A DNA stretch of 64,000 bases from Escherichia phage 4E10. Where the stretch lies: the sequence record OQ689735.1, one strand, 5' to 3'. Each line of letters opens with the position of its first letter. Position 1 is the first letter of the stretch. A program made the translations under genes and the position numbers. The notes under the pieces are model-generated. The model saw only the letters and a list, made by a program, of their open reading frames with translations, did not search any database and was not told the DNA's origin. Positions 1 through 9,822 of the stretch are shown here, in pieces.

Positions 1-885
1 ATGGCTACTTCTATCGCTGAACTTCAGGAAGGTTTCAATGGTTCTACTGATAACCCATGGAATGAAATGGGCTTCCGTATCGATAAACAAGTTATCGAAG
101 CTAAATCTCGTCAGCTGAAAGCTGCTTACTCTATCGAATTAGCACAAGACCTCCGCGCTGTTCACGGCATGGATGCTGATGCTGAACTGTCTGGTATTCT
201 GGCTACCGAAATCATGCTGGAAATCAACCGTGAAGTTGTTGATTGGATTAACTACTCAGCTCAGGTTGGTAAATCTGGTATGACCCTGACTCCGGGTTCT
301 AAAGCTGGTGTATTTGACTTCCAGGATCCGATTGATATTCGTGGTGCTCGCTGGGCGGGTGAATCCTTTAAAGCTCTGTTGTTCCAGATTGACAAAGAAG
401 CAGTTGAAATTGCTCGTCAGACCGGTCGTGGTGAAGGTAACTTCATTATCGCTTCCCGTAACGTAGTTAACGTTCTGGCTTCAGTTGATACTGGCATTTC
501 TTATGCTGCACAGGGTCTGGCTACCGGCTTTAACACTGATACTACCAAGTCAGTATTTGCTGGTGTTCTGGGTGGTAAATACCGTGTATATATCGACCAG
601 TATGCTAAACAGGATTATTTCACTGTAGGTTATAAAGGTCCGAACGAAATGGATGCTGGTATTTACTATGCTCCATATGTAGCTCTGACTCCGCTGCGTG
701 GTTCCGATCCGAAGAACTTCCAACCAGTAATGGGATTCAAAACTCGTTACGGTATCGGTATCAACCCATTTGCAGAATCCGCTGCTCAGGCTCCGGCTTC
801 TCGCATCCAGAGCGGTATGCCTTCTATTCTGAATAGCCTTGGTAAAAACGCTTACTTCCGCCGTGTATATGTTAAAGGTATCTAA
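1..885 (+). CDS. 23: major capsid protein gp23, C-terminal ~294 aa (5' end lies upstream of window)
   Basis: ORF open to window edge; recognised as T4 gp23 C-terminus. Confidence 0.92.
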   Translation: MATSIAELQEGFNGSTDNPWNEMGFRIDKQVIEAKSRQLKAAYSIELAQDLRAVHGMDADAELSGILATEIMLEINREVVDWINYSAQVGKSGMTLTPGSKAGVFDFQDPIDIRGARWAGESFKALLFQIDKEAVEIARQTGRGEGNFIIASRNVVNVLASVDTGISYAAQGLATGFNTDTTKSVFAGVLGGKYRVYIDQYAKQDYFTVGYKGPNEMDAGIYYAPYVALTPLRGSDPKNFQPVMGFKTRYGIGINPFAESAAQAPASRIQSGMPSILNSLGKNAYFRRVYVKGI

Positions 886-898
886 TCTTTGACGATTT

Positions 899-918
899 AA
901 GGGACCTTCGGGTCCCTT
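899..918 (+). terminator. GC stem-loop aagggacc-ttcg-ggtccctt followed by T-rich tract
   Basis: 8-bp perfect stem with UUCG loop 14 nt after gene 23 stop. Confidence 0.6.
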
Positions 919-933
919 TAGTTGTTTTTATGG

Positions 934-941
934 TATAAATA
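934..941 (+). promoter_or_regulatory. late promoter TATAAATA for gene 24
   Basis: exact TATAAATA 28 nt upstream of gene 24 ATG. Confidence 0.7.
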
Positions 942-968
942 AATCATATAAACCAAAAGGAAAGCGCA

Positions 969-2252
969 ATGGCTAAAATCAACGAACTTCTGCGCGAATC
1001 AACCACAACGAATAGCAACTCAATCGGTCGCCCAAATCTCGTTGCTTTGACTCGCGCTACCACTAAATTAATATATTCTGACATTGTAGCAACGCAAAGA
1101 ACTAATCAACCTGTTGCTGCTTTTTATGGTATCAAATACCTTAACCCAGATAACGAATTTACATTTAAAACTGGTGCTACTTACGCCGGCGAAGCTGGGT
1201 ATGTAGACCGAGAACAAATCACAGAATTAACAGAAGAGTCTAAATTAACTCTCAATAAAGGCGATTTATTCAAATATAATAATATCGTTTATAAAGTATT
1301 AGAAGATACACCATTTGCTGATATTGAAGAAAGCGATTTAGAATTAGCTCTTCAGATTGCAATCGTTCTTTTAAAGGTTCGTCTATTTTCTGATGCTGCA
1401 GTAACAAGCAAATTTGAAAGCTCTGATAGTGAAATTGCGGATGCTAGATTCCAGATTAATAAATGGCAAACCGCAGTTAAATCTCGTAAACTTAAAACTG
1501 GCATCACAGTTGAATTAGCACAAGATTTAGAAGCAAATGGATTCGATGCTCCTAATTTCTTGGAAGATTTGCTTGCAACCGAAATGGCGGATGAAATCAA
1601 TAAAGATATTCTGCAGTCTTTGATTACAGTATCAAAACGCTATAAAGTTACAGGAATTACTGATACTGGATTCATTGATTTGAGTTATGCATCTGCACCT
1701 GAAGCTGGTCGTTCATTATACCGAATGGTGTGTGAAATGGTTTCACATATCCAGAAAGAATCAACTTATACAGCAACGTTCTGTGTTGCTTCAGCTCGCG
1801 CCGCTGCGATTCTTGCTGCATCAGGTTGGTTAAAACATAAACCAGAAGATGACAAATATCTTTCACAAAATGCCTACGGGTTCTTAGCTAATGGTTTACC
1901 GCTTTATTGCGATACCAACAGCCCATTGGATTATGTAATCGTGGGTGTAGTAGAAAATATTGGTGAAAAAGAAATTGTTGGATCAATTTTCTATGCTCCG
2001 TATACAGAAGGCCTTGACTTAGATGACCCTGAACATGTAGGTGCATTTAAAGTTGTAGTTGATCCAGAAAGTTTGCAGCCATCTATCGGTTTATTAGTTA
2101 GATATGCTTTATCTGCAAATCCTTACACTGTAGCAAAAGATGAAAAAGAAGCAAGAGTAATTGACGGTGGAGACATGGATAAAATGGCGGGTCGTTCAGA
2201 TTTGTCTGTTTTATTAGGTGTTAAGCTACCAAAAATTATCATTGATGAATAA
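969..2252 (+). CDS. 24: head vertex protein gp24
   Basis: 427 aa, matches T4 gp24 in size and position after gene 23. Confidence 0.92.
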   Translation: MAKINELLRESTTTNSNSIGRPNLVALTRATTKLIYSDIVATQRTNQPVAAFYGIKYLNPDNEFTFKTGATYAGEAGYVDREQITELTEESKLTLNKGDLFKYNNIVYKVLEDTPFADIEESDLELALQIAIVLLKVRLFSDAAVTSKFESSDSEIADARFQINKWQTAVKSRKLKTGITVELAQDLEANGFDAPNFLEDLLATEMADEINKDILQSLITVSKRYKVTGITDTGFIDLSYASAPEAGRSLYRMVCEMVSHIQKESTYTATFCVASARAAAILAASGWLKHKPEDDKYLSQNAYGFLANGLPLYCDTNSPLDYVIVGVVENIGEKEIVGSIFYAPYTEGLDLDDPEHVGAFKVVVDPESLQPSIGLLVRYALSANPYTVAKDEKEARVIDGGDMDKMAGRSDLSVLLGVKLPKIIIDE

Positions 2253-2256
2253 AACA

Positions 2257-2276
2257 AAGGGACCTTTCGGTCCCTT
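2257..2276. terminator. bidirectional stem-loop aagggacc-tttc-ggtccctt between convergent genes 24 and rnlB
   Basis: 8-bp stem with T-run on plus side; sits between two converging stop codons. Confidence 0.6.
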
Positions 2277-2281
2277 TTTAT

Positions 2282-3286
2282 TTAACTTACCAATTCAATC
2301 CAAGCCGGACGAAGTACATCTTGTACCATTTTAACTAATTCCTTTTTAACCAAAGAAGGACTATCCGCTTGAGTTAGAGTAATACCTTCACGAGAAGTTT
2401 CTTCCAAAATATCTTGAACAGTTAGTCCCATCACCTTTCCAAAATCTTTTGGACCAATTTCGCCAATTTTAGAAATAACGTTATTTACTCGGTTCAGTGT
2501 AACGTAACAAGCTAAAATTCCCACCAATTTGTTATCAGCTTCTGACAGTTCAACTTTAGCTTTAATAGGCTTATCAGACTTTTTCTTTTCACTAAATTTA
2601 GAGTTCTTGCATTTGATGGCTACACGATTGCGATTAGGCAGCCAAGAAGGATAACAAGGTTTCAATACATATCCTTCAGCGGTAAATACTTCGCCTTTTG
2701 CTTCGGCATTCCAAACGCATTTATTTGCATCAACTAATCCAGCGTGGTCTGCTGCAAAATTATAATCTTGGACGACAGAATCTAAATCATTTGGCAATTT
2801 AATAAGTTCTTCAAATTTACCGCGACCTAAAAGTGGAGCCATTTTAAATTTAAATGTATTACAGAATGATTCCATCATATAATCATCGACATAAGTCACA
2901 TCACCACTTTCTGTAGTAACAATAATGTCAAATACATAAAAATCTTTATCGCCATAATCGACATTCTTCTGAATGCCAGGTCCGGCGAATTCACCGAAGA
3001 CTTGATAAGATACAACCGCTGAAGTTTCCATAATATCTTGTACTGCTTTAATGGAATCAGCGTAATTCTTCAAAATAATTTCATACCCAAAGAAATCTTC
3101 AGCAGGAAGAATAGGACCAGTACGTTTAGCGCAAGTTACTTTATCACGCTCAATAATCAATGAGAAATTTGTGCCGTGAATTTTTTCACGAGCTACCCAC
3201 TCCCCACCAGTCAATCCCAAGCTATAAAGTTTTTCAATAAATTTAGAGTTGTAATGATTTTCAAGACTGCTATACTTTTTAAACAT
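2282..3286 (-). CDS. rnlB: RNA ligase 2 (Rnl2)
   Basis: 334 aa; N-terminus [16 protein letters not shown] and lysine ligase motif EKIHGTN as in T4 Rnl2. Confidence 0.9.
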   Translation of the reverse strand: MFKKYSSLENHYNSKFIEKLYSLGLTGGEWVAREKIHGTNFSLIIERDKVTCAKRTGPILPAEDFFGYEIILKNYADSIKAVQDIMETSAVVSYQVFGEFAGPGIQKNVDYGDKDFYVFDIIVTTESGDVTYVDDYMMESFCNTFKFKMAPLLGRGKFEELIKLPNDLDSVVQDYNFAADHAGLVDANKCVWNAEAKGEVFTAEGYVLKPCYPSWLPNRNRVAIKCKNSKFSEKKKSDKPIKAKVELSEADNKLVGILACYVTLNRVNNVISKIGEIGPKDFGKVMGLTVQDILEETSREGITLTQADSPSLVKKELVKMVQDVLRPAWIELVS

Positions 3287-3295
3287 AATTAATCC

Positions 3296-3574
3296 TCAAA
3301 ATGTAATTTCTAACCAATCACCATCACGCTGATCACTATTGACTTTAAAGCTAAATCCTTCTTTTCTCAGCCAATCACCAATTTCTTCAGTAATCAATTT
3401 ATCACGAGCAATACAATAATAACTAAAATGCGTTTTACCTCGTTCAGCTGCTTTATTAGCAAGTTCCGAAAAATCTTTAATAAAACATTCTAGCTTAAAC
3501 TGTTTACTTTTGAATGCTTTTTCGCGTAATTGATTAGCAAAAGATTCATTTTCATAAAGATCATACTGTTCCAT
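3296..3574 (-). CDS. hypothetical protein (24.2 position)
   Basis: 92-aa ORF tightly packed between rnlB and next ORF. Confidence 0.55.
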   Translation of the reverse strand: MEQYDLYENESFANQLREKAFKSKQFKLECFIKDFSELANKAAERGKTHFSYYCIARDKLITEEIGDWLRKEGFSFKVNSDQRDGDWLEITF

Positions 3575-3776
3575 TTTTCACCTTTTTATTGATATGTCTT
3601 TTTCTATAGACAACTTTTTCTCGAGTTTCAAATTTATTCTTAGCAGTCATAGCTCGAGCCCATAATACAGCCACTTCTTTTGCCTGTAAGTTTAATTCAC
3701 GAGCAATTTCAATGAATGACTTTCCAGACTCATGAAGAGTAAACACCACAACCTCAGTTCTCATAATCAATCTCAT
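3561..3776 (-). CDS. hypothetical small protein with helix-turn-helix-like segment (24.3 position)
   Basis: 71-aa ORF overlapping neighbour by 14 nt. Confidence 0.5.
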   Translation of the reverse strand: MRLIMRTEVVVFTLHESGKSFIEIARELNLQAKEVAVLWARAMTAKNKFETREKVVYRKRHINKKVKNGTV

Positions 3777-3844
3777 GTTATCGAGTTGGTACCATTATAT
3801 ACATCATTTTCTGATTGTGTTTTGTGTGCTTTCAAAATGAAGAA

Positions 3845-3860
3845 AGGGGCCGAAGCCCCT
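3845..3860 (-). terminator. stem-loop aggggc-cgaa-gcccct downstream of hoc
   Basis: 6-bp GC stem with tetraloop 5 nt after hoc stop; A-run on plus side gives T-run on minus. Confidence 0.5.
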
Positions 3861-3865
3861 TATGA

Positions 3866-5284
3866 TTATGGATAGGTATAGATGATACCAGTTTCTAAAG
3901 CAGTTTTATGAATGATATATCCATTACGCGATTCTTGGACATCAACTTCTGGATAGTCTTTCATCATCTTCTGAAGAGTGTAACGATGCAGGTAGTATTT
4001 ACTATCTGAATCTTCAGTTTTCCAATCTTTACCTTCTTCAGTCATTTTTTGAATTTCATCCATAACCCACCAACCGCACCAGATATAAGCTGAGCTACGA
4101 TGTGGAAGAGGATGAACATAAGGTAATTCACCTTCTGGTTCCGGAGCAACTTTATCAGTCACTTGAACTTGACCTGTGGCTTTAACTGTTTTACTATCAT
4201 AGTCAGTTGCTGTAACGACAGCAGTAACTTCAATAGTTTGACTTCCAATAGATGAGGTATCAACAGTATATACGTTAGTTGACCCTTCCACAGGAGAAGA
4301 ATCTTTCTTCCATGAGTAAGTAATTTGTGCTGCTTCAGGTGCGCCAGTAACATTAGCAGTAAATGTAGCCGAAGCATCTTGCTGAACATTAATAGAAGGA
4401 GGAGTCAATGTAACCTGTGGATTCATTGTCTTCTTATTAACTGTCAATGATACTTCATTGGAAGTAACTGTTTTTGCGTCATAATCCGTTGCTGTTACTT
4501 GGGCTACGCATTTAATTCTTTTTACTCCACTTGTAGTTGGAGTATAGTTAAATGTAGAGTTAGTTTCTCCACCAACTTGTGAATCATCTACATACCACTG
4601 ATACGTGGCAGACGCTCCATCAGGTTGAGAAACTAAAGCAGCAGTAAATTGAACCGGGGTTCCAATTACTCCAACAGCAGGACTAGCAGGAGTTACTGCT
4701 AAGGTAGTTGTCTGTGTCTTTTTATTAACCGTCAATGATACTTCATTAGAAGTAACTTCCTTTGCATCATAATCTGTCGCGGTTACTTGAGCTACACACT
4801 TAATTTTTTTAACTCCGCTTGTGGAAGGAGTGTAATTGAATGTAGCAGAAGTTGCTTCGCCCACAGGAGAACCGTCAACGTACCATTGATACGTAGCAGA
4901 TGCACCTGATGGCTGTGAAGCTAAGGCAGCGGTAAATTCAACAGCTGTTCCGATTACTCCTTCTGGAGGACTATTAGGAGTTACTGCTAAGGTAGTTGTC
5001 TGTGTCTTATTTTGAACTGTGATAGTTGTAGTAACTGTAGCTGTTTCAGCTTCAGCTTCTGGAACTGGGTTTGTTGCAACTACTTTAATAGTCTTTTGAC
5101 CGGCAGGTCCTTTTAGTACATAGCTAAAAGTTGCTGACGTTTCTTCCTGCGGAGCGTCGTCTACAGTCCAAGCATATGTAATAGGTCCATCTCCAGTTTG
5201 ACCACTGGGTGTAGCAGTAAACTGCTGAGTCTGATCTATAACTCCAGTAGGTGTTTTAGGAGTTATATCAACGGTAAAAGCCAT
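3866..5284 (-). CDS. hoc: highly immunogenic outer capsid protein Hoc, with an extra internally duplicated Ig-like domain
   Basis: 472 aa; N-terminus and Ig-like repeats as in Hoc; two ~96-aa near-identical tandem units. Confidence 0.85.
   Translation of the reverse strand: MAFTVDITPKTPTGVIDQTQQFTATPSGQTGDGPITYAWTVDDAPQEETSATFSYVLKGPAGQKTIKVVATNPVPEAEAETATVTTTITVQNKTQTTTLAVTPNSPPEGVIGTAVEFTAALASQPSGASATYQWYVDGSPVGEATSATFNYTPSTSGVKKIKCVAQVTATDYDAKEVTSNEVSLTVNKKTQTTTLAVTPASPAVGVIGTPVQFTAALVSQPDGASATYQWYVDDSQVGGETNSTFNYTPTTSGVKRIKCVAQVTATDYDAKTVTSNEVSLTVNKKTMNPQVTLTPPSINVQQDASATFTANVTGAPEAAQITYSWKKDSSPVEGSTNVYTVDTSSIGSQTIEVTAVVTATDYDSKTVKATGQVQVTDKVAPEPEGELPYVHPLPHRSSAYIWCGWWVMDEIQKMTEEGKDWKTEDSDSKYYLHRYTLQKMMKDYPEVDVQESRNGYIIHKTALETGIIYTYP
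4436..5011 (-). repeat. tandem direct duplication of two ~288-bp units inside hoc
   Basis: protein segments KTQTTTLAVTP...NEVSLTVN occur twice in tandem with ~80 percent identity. Confidence 0.8.
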
Positions 5285-5293
5285 AAGTTATCC

Positions 5294-5974
5294 TTATTTT
5301 AATGTTACGAAAGAAGAATTGCGTGTTTCACGAATTAGAACTGATCCGTCACGATTAATGTAGTAAATTAAGCTAAATAAAGTTTGGTGTGCCGACGCGT
5401 GTTCAAAACTAGTTGGGTGAGATTTCCAATCCGGAGTTTCAGCAATCCACTGGTAAATCCACCAAGGAACAGTGCAAAATCCTGGATTTTTTCCAATCAG
5501 CTGAAGATTCGGGCTAAAGTTTTCCGGAAGAGTAAATACAGACGGCTTTTCAGATTCAATAATCTCAGCTACAGCCTGTTCGAATTTTTCTTCAACGAAA
5601 GGAGTATCTTCAATCAAAATATTGGTATTTTCAGGAATTTTATCCGTTTCTACGACTTCAATTTTAATGTCAGATTTAACCGGAGAATCAATCAGAAGTG
5701 CTGCTTCTGGATTGACTTCTTCATCGTCATTTTTTAACCCCTCTGCAGCATCAGCAGCATCGATTAAGTCTTTAATAGATAACCCATCAGTCTCTGGCAT
5801 AGGTTCACTAGCGAGCTTCTGGAGGGCTTCTTCAATATCAACAACGATATTATCAAAAGATTTATTCTTTTTGACTTTTATACCAAACTGTTCAGCATAT
5901 TCAGCTAATTTAGCTTTAGCTTCTTTATTATCATCAAGAGCCTTCAGCTCTGCAATATAATCTTTATCTATCAT
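5294..5974 (-). CDS. inh: prohead protease inhibitor-like protein Inh
   Basis: 226 aa ORF at the T4 inh position between hoc and uvsW. Confidence 0.75.
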   Translation of the reverse strand: MIDKDYIAELKALDDNKEAKAKLAEYAEQFGIKVKKNKSFDNIVVDIEEALQKLASEPMPETDGLSIKDLIDAADAAEGLKNDDEEVNPEAALLIDSPVKSDIKIEVVETDKIPENTNILIEDTPFVEEKFEQAVAEIIESEKPSVFTLPENFSPNLQLIGKNPGFCTVPWWIYQWIAETPDWKSHPTSFEHASAHQTLFSLIYYINRDGSVLIRETRNSSFVTLK

Positions 5975-5987
5975 AATATTTCCTCAG

Positions 5988-5995
5988 TATAAATA
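5988..5995 (+). promoter_or_regulatory. late promoter TATAAATA for uvsW
   Basis: exact TATAAATA 30 nt upstream of uvsW ATG. Confidence 0.65.
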
Positions 5996-6024
5996 TAGAT
6001 ATATTTATTACATGGTATTTAGAC

Positions 6025-7536
6025 ATGACTGACATTAAAGTACATTTTTATGATTTTAGTCACGTGAGAATTGATTGTGAAGAAAGTACATTTCATGAAC
6101 TCCGTGATTTCTTTAGCTTTGAAGCTGATGGGTATCGTTTTAATCCGAAATACAAATATGGTCACTGGGATGGACGAATCCGTCTTTTAGATTATAATCG
6201 TCTTCTTCCATTCGGCTTAGTCGGGCAAATTAAAAAGTTCTGTGATAACTTTGGCTATAAAGCCTGGATTGACCCACAAATTAACGAAAAAGAAGAATTA
6301 TCAAGAAAAGATTTTGATGAATGGATTTCTAAATTAGAAATCTATTCAGGAAATAAAAGAATTGAACCACACTGGTATCAAAAAGATGCAGTGTTCGAAG
6401 GATTAGTTAATCGTCGTAGAATTCTTAATCTTCCAACATCCGCAGGTAAATCTTTAATTCAAGCTTTGCTTGCTCGATATTATTTGGAAAATTATGAAGG
6501 TAAAATTCTTATCATTGTTCCAACAACTGCTCTGACAACTCAGATGGCTGATGACTTTGTTGACTATCGTTTATTCAGTCATGCAATGATAAAGAAAATC
6601 GGCGGTGGAGCATCAAAAGATGATAAATATAAAAATGATGCACCAGTCGTTGTTGGTACATGGCAAACTGTAGTAAAACAACCGAAAGAATGGTTCTCAC
6701 AGTTTGGAATGATGATGAATGATGAATGTCATCTTGCTACAGGAAAAAGTATTTCATCTATCATATCAGGTTTAAATAACTGTATGTTTAAATTTGGTTT
6801 GTCTGGTTCATTACGTGATGGCAAAGCTAATATCATGCAGTATGTTGGAATGTTTGGTGAAATATTTAAGCCAGTAACGACTTCTAAATTAATGGAAGAT
6901 GGACAAGTAACTGAGTTAAAAATTAATAGTATTTTTCTTCGCTATCCCGATGAGTTCACTACTAAATTAAAGGGAAAAACTTACCAAGAAGAAATAAAAA
7001 TTATTACTGGACTCAGTAAAAGAAATAAATGGATCGCTAAATTAGCTATTAAGCTTGCGCAAAAAGATGAAAACGCTTTTGTCATGTTTAAGCATGTATC
7101 ACATGGTAAAGCTATTTTCGATTTAATTAAAAATGAATACGATAAAGTTTATTACGTATCAGGGGAAGTTGATACCGAAACCCGCAATGTAATGAAAACC
7201 TTAGCTGAAAACGGTAAAGGAATAATTATAGTAGCTAGTTATGGTGTATTTTCTACTGGTATTTCAGTTAAAAATCTGCATCACGTTGTTTTAGCACACG
7301 GTGTTAAATCTAAAATTATTGTATTGCAAACAATAGGTCGCGTATTACGTAAGCATGGTTCTAAAACAATCGCAACAGTCTGGGATCTTATAGATGATTG
7401 CGGTGTTAAGCCAAAATCTGCTAATACGAAAAAGAAATACGTTCATTTGAACTATCTTTTAAAACACGGCATTGATCGTATTCAGCGCTACGCAGATGAA
7501 AAATTTAATTACGTAATGAAAACAGTTAATTTATAA
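6025..7536 (+). CDS. uvsW: UvsW ATP-dependent DNA/RNA helicase
   Basis: 503 aa; Walker A PTSAGKS and DECH box. Confidence 0.92.
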   Translation: MTDIKVHFYDFSHVRIDCEESTFHELRDFFSFEADGYRFNPKYKYGHWDGRIRLLDYNRLLPFGLVGQIKKFCDNFGYKAWIDPQINEKEELSRKDFDEWISKLEIYSGNKRIEPHWYQKDAVFEGLVNRRRILNLPTSAGKSLIQALLARYYLENYEGKILIIVPTTALTTQMADDFVDYRLFSHAMIKKIGGGASKDDKYKNDAPVVVGTWQTVVKQPKEWFSQFGMMMNDECHLATGKSISSIISGLNNCMFKFGLSGSLRDGKANIMQYVGMFGEIFKPVTTSKLMEDGQVTELKINSIFLRYPDEFTTKLKGKTYQEEIKIITGLSKRNKWIAKLAIKLAQKDENAFVMFKHVSHGKAIFDLIKNEYDKVYYVSGEVDTETRNVMKTLAENGKGIIIVASYGVFSTGISVKNLHHVVLAHGVKSKIIVLQTIGRVLRKHGSKTIATVWDLIDDCGVKPKSANTKKKYVHLNYLLKHGIDRIQRYADEKFNYVMKTVNL

Positions 7537-7550
7537 GGGCTTCGGCCCTT
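7535..7550 (+). terminator. intercistronic stem-loop aagggc-ttcg-gccctt between uvsW and uvsW.1
   Basis: 6-bp stem with UUCG loop; no strong T-run, so may be a stability or attenuator hairpin. Confidence 0.4.
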
Positions 7551-7561
7551 TGGAGAAAAAG

Positions 7562-7792
7562 ATGTTACTAGAATTTAAACAATTTCTTTATGAAGCTTCT
7601 ATTGATGAATTTATGGGTAAAATTGCCTCTTGTCAAACGATAGAAGGTCTAGAAGAACTTGAAGCTTATTATAAGAAAAGAGTTAAAGAAACTGAATTAA
7701 AAGATACTGATGACATCTCAGTCAGAGATGCTTTGGCAGGAAAAAGAGCTGAATTAGAAGATTCAGACGATGAAGTAGAAGAAAGCTTTTAA
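7562..7792 (+). CDS. uvsW.1: UvsW.1 small acidic protein
   Basis: 76 aa from ATG with GGAG RBS; track start at 7550 is a TTG. Confidence 0.7.
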   Translation: MLLEFKQFLYEASIDEFMGKIASCQTIEGLEELEAYYKKRVKETELKDTDDISVRDALAGKRAELEDSDDEVEESF

Positions 7793-7847
7793 ATTAAAAA
7801 AGGCCCAACCAAAAAGGAAGGGCCAAAACTATAGACTAAAGGTCACA

Positions 7848-8015
7848 CTATAGCAAAAGTTGTGTTTCATTTAATTGTTCTTCCGAACTTTCTGAAACTG
7901 GTAGTTCTTTAATGTAATTATAGCAAGGCCCAGGATGTACAGGACCTTTGTCTGTTTCAACAACCAATGCAGAATCGATTGGAGTTTTACAGACAACGCA
8001 AATCTTATCTGACAT
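7848..8015 (-). CDS. hypothetical 55-aa protein with CxxC...C motif (uvsY.-2 position)
   Basis: ATG preceded by GAGGAGA RBS; below the 60-aa cutoff of the ORF track. Confidence 0.5.
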   Translation of the reverse strand: MSDKICVVCKTPIDSALVVETDKGPVHPGPCYNYIKELPVSESSEEQLNETQLLL

Positions 8016-8043
8016 GATTGTCTCCTCTAAATTATATATCTAT

Positions 8044-8268
8044 TTATATAACTCTCATATGCATATCAATGCCCATATCTTTAGAATAAAAATATTCATC
8101 AAGATATCCAGCAAATTTTCCTTTAACATAAAGTACATCTTCACCGCATGGGTGGTCGGTCAGGATACGAATATCCTGACGCTTGAGATTGTACTTTTTC
8201 ATTAAGAATTGAATTTCCGTTTCAAATTCTTCTTCATAATTAAAAGCATCATCAATGCTATATTTCAT
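8044..8268 (-). CDS. hypothetical protein (uvsY.-1 position)
   Basis: 74-aa ORF; its stop overlaps the uvsY start. Confidence 0.6.
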   Translation of the reverse strand: MKYSIDDAFNYEEEFETEIQFLMKKYNLKRQDIRILTDHPCGEDVLYVKGKFAGYLDEYFYSKDMGIDMHMRVI

Positions 8269-8681
8269 TATTTTCCAGCCTCAAATGCTCGCATGTCTTG
8301 AATATGCTTAATAGCAAATCCGCGTGATTTAATAGCATCAAGAGCTCCGCTACAGAAATCCAATAAAATTCCCCAATATTGTAATGAAGTATCAACTTTT
8401 AAAACATCCTTATCAGCTGATAGAACTGTCTTCATTTCTGATTTCTCATAACGGTCCATACTAAATTCATCACCATCTCCTCGTCCCGAGTAGTAGTCTA
8501 ATTTAGCTTTAAGAGCAACTTTTTTCTGCGCATCAATTCTAAGCATTTCCTTTTTAATACTTGAATGCTTATTGAGCCATTTACTATATAACATCACATT
8601 ATTAGCTGCTTCATACTGTAATTTAGTCGAATCTATAAACACATCTTTCTTCAATTCTTCTTGAAGATCTTCTAATCTCAT
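8268..8681 (-). CDS. uvsY: UvsY recombination mediator
   Basis: 137 aa, same length as T4 UvsY; sequence recognised. Confidence 0.9.
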   Translation of the reverse strand: MRLEDLQEELKKDVFIDSTKLQYEAANNVMLYSKWLNKHSSIKKEMLRIDAQKKVALKAKLDYYSGRGDGDEFSMDRYEKSEMKTVLSADKDVLKVDTSLQYWGILLDFCSGALDAIKSRGFAIKHIQDMRAFEAGK

Positions 8682-8721
8682 ATTGTTCTCTATTCAATTG
8701 TTATTGGATGGACTTAGATTC

Positions 8722-8747
8722 ATTATACCACGTTTATACGTGAAGCA
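8722..8747 (-). promoter_or_regulatory. middle (MotA-dependent) promoter for uvsY
   Basis: minus strand reads aATGCTTCA (MotA box), 13 nt, TATAAT. Confidence 0.55.
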
Positions 8748-9146
8748 TTATACTCTGTTACTGGAAGCCAGTTGTAGTTTTATCTGCTCAATATCATCAG
8801 GGTTATCGATGACTGAAAAGCGTATTTCTACTATCAGAGTATAATCATCATAAACCGGTATTACATTAACTGCTAATTTATCAATACGTGGCTCGTAGTT
8901 TCTTACTGCGCTTTCAATGTTACGCTCAACGGTATCAGCAGTAAGAGGAGTCATATTCTCAAAAAGCTGATCAGATAAATCGCATCCAAATTCTGGGTCA
9001 AATGGCCTTGACCCTTTCCTGGTTGTAATAATTCCTAAAAGGCTATTTTTAATTGACCTTAATCCAAGAGATCTTGAAACATCTTTGTCCCAATCCATTT
9101 TCATTTCTGGGTCAATGTCAGAATAAAGCTTATTAATATTTGCCAT
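8748..9146 (-). CDS. 25: baseplate wedge/sheath-initiator protein gp25
   Basis: 132 aa, T4 gp25 length; sequence recognised. Confidence 0.9.
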   Translation of the reverse strand: MANINKLYSDIDPEMKMDWDKDVSRSLGLRSIKNSLLGIITTRKGSRPFDPEFGCDLSDQLFENMTPLTADTVERNIESAVRNYEPRIDKLAVNVIPVYDDYTLIVEIRFSVIDNPDDIEQIKLQLASSNRV

Positions 9147-9772
9147 TACAATAGCTCAAAGAATTCTTTGAGCCCTCTTATTACATGAGCGTGAGTTTTT
9201 CCACACTCTGGACACTTAATTGGAACAGCCAAATAAACAGTAGGCTTTAAAAGCATATCTTTTATAGCTACAATATCTGACTCTGTGATGATAGAGTATA
9301 AATCTTCCAGTTCTTTTTCATTTAAGTCTTCAACTGGAATGCTTTCACCATTAGCATGAATCGTTTCTATGCATGATACTATCATGTGGGCTATATTTTT
9401 ATCATCAAAAATTTTAGGGTAATGGAACTTAATTTTAATGTCACCCAGTGTATACCAGAGGTCTTCTGGTGCATCTATTTGTGTATGTAATAGATTTATA
9501 TGGGTTGGTATTTCAGTTCCACAGGTGCACTTCCAGGAGTTTTCGTGATTAACTTCTCCAAGAGAATGCGCCCATAAATGAATCAACAGTAGTTCTGATT
9601 CTTGACGGTTTAAATCTTTTGCATTTGTACAGTCTTTAATTAGCTTTTTAACGATCTCTTCTACTGAACCGTTCTTTTTAGCAGTAATAAGTTCTAGATA
9701 TTCTTTAAGAGTAAATGCGCGGCAGTTGATTATTTTAGAACCAACTCTCACGTCAAATTTGTATTCATACAT
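9146..9772 (-). CDS. 26: baseplate hub subunit gp26
   Basis: 208 aa, Cys-rich, at the T4 gene 26 position. Confidence 0.85.
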   Translation of the reverse strand: MYEYKFDVRVGSKIINCRAFTLKEYLELITAKKNGSVEEIVKKLIKDCTNAKDLNRQESELLLIHLWAHSLGEVNHENSWKCTCGTEIPTHINLLHTQIDAPEDLWYTLGDIKIKFHYPKIFDDKNIAHMIVSCIETIHANGESIPVEDLNEKELEDLYSIITESDIVAIKDMLLKPTVYLAVPIKCPECGKTHAHVIRGLKEFFELL

Positions 9773-9793
9773 ATTTAGCTCCTTTATTTATCA

Positions 9794-9801
9794 TATTTAT
9801 A
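9794..9801 (-). promoter_or_regulatory. late promoter TATAAATA for gene 26
   Basis: plus-strand TATTTATA; overlaps the divergent gene 51 promoter. Confidence 0.6.
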
Positions 9802-9805
9802 AATA
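9798..9805 (+). promoter_or_regulatory. late promoter TATAAATA for gene 51 operon
   Basis: exact TATAAATA 18 nt upstream of gene 51 ATG; AAGGAG RBS follows. Confidence 0.65.
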
Positions 9806-9822
9806 GAATAAAAGGAGCATCT

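Noticed and set aside
1-3. ATG at the first base of the window looks like a start codon for the first ORF
   Set aside because: The protein is the C-terminal ~294 aa of gp23 (full length about 520 aa); the ATG is an internal methionine codon and the gene begins upstream of the window.
5384-5960. Plus-strand ORFs of 112-117 aa antisense to inh
   Set aside because: They overlap the inh coding sequence entirely, lack an RBS, and have low-complexity Phe/Asn/Ser-rich composition typical of antisense reading of AT-rich DNA.
7550-7561. ORF-track starts that begin at TTG or GTG (7550 for uvsW.1, 54276 for gene 38, 33853 for denA, 33402 for rnlA)
   Set aside because: In each case a downstream ATG with a GAGG-type RBS at proper spacing gives the length I recall for the T4 homologue; the upstream extensions run through terminator hairpins or intergenic promoters.
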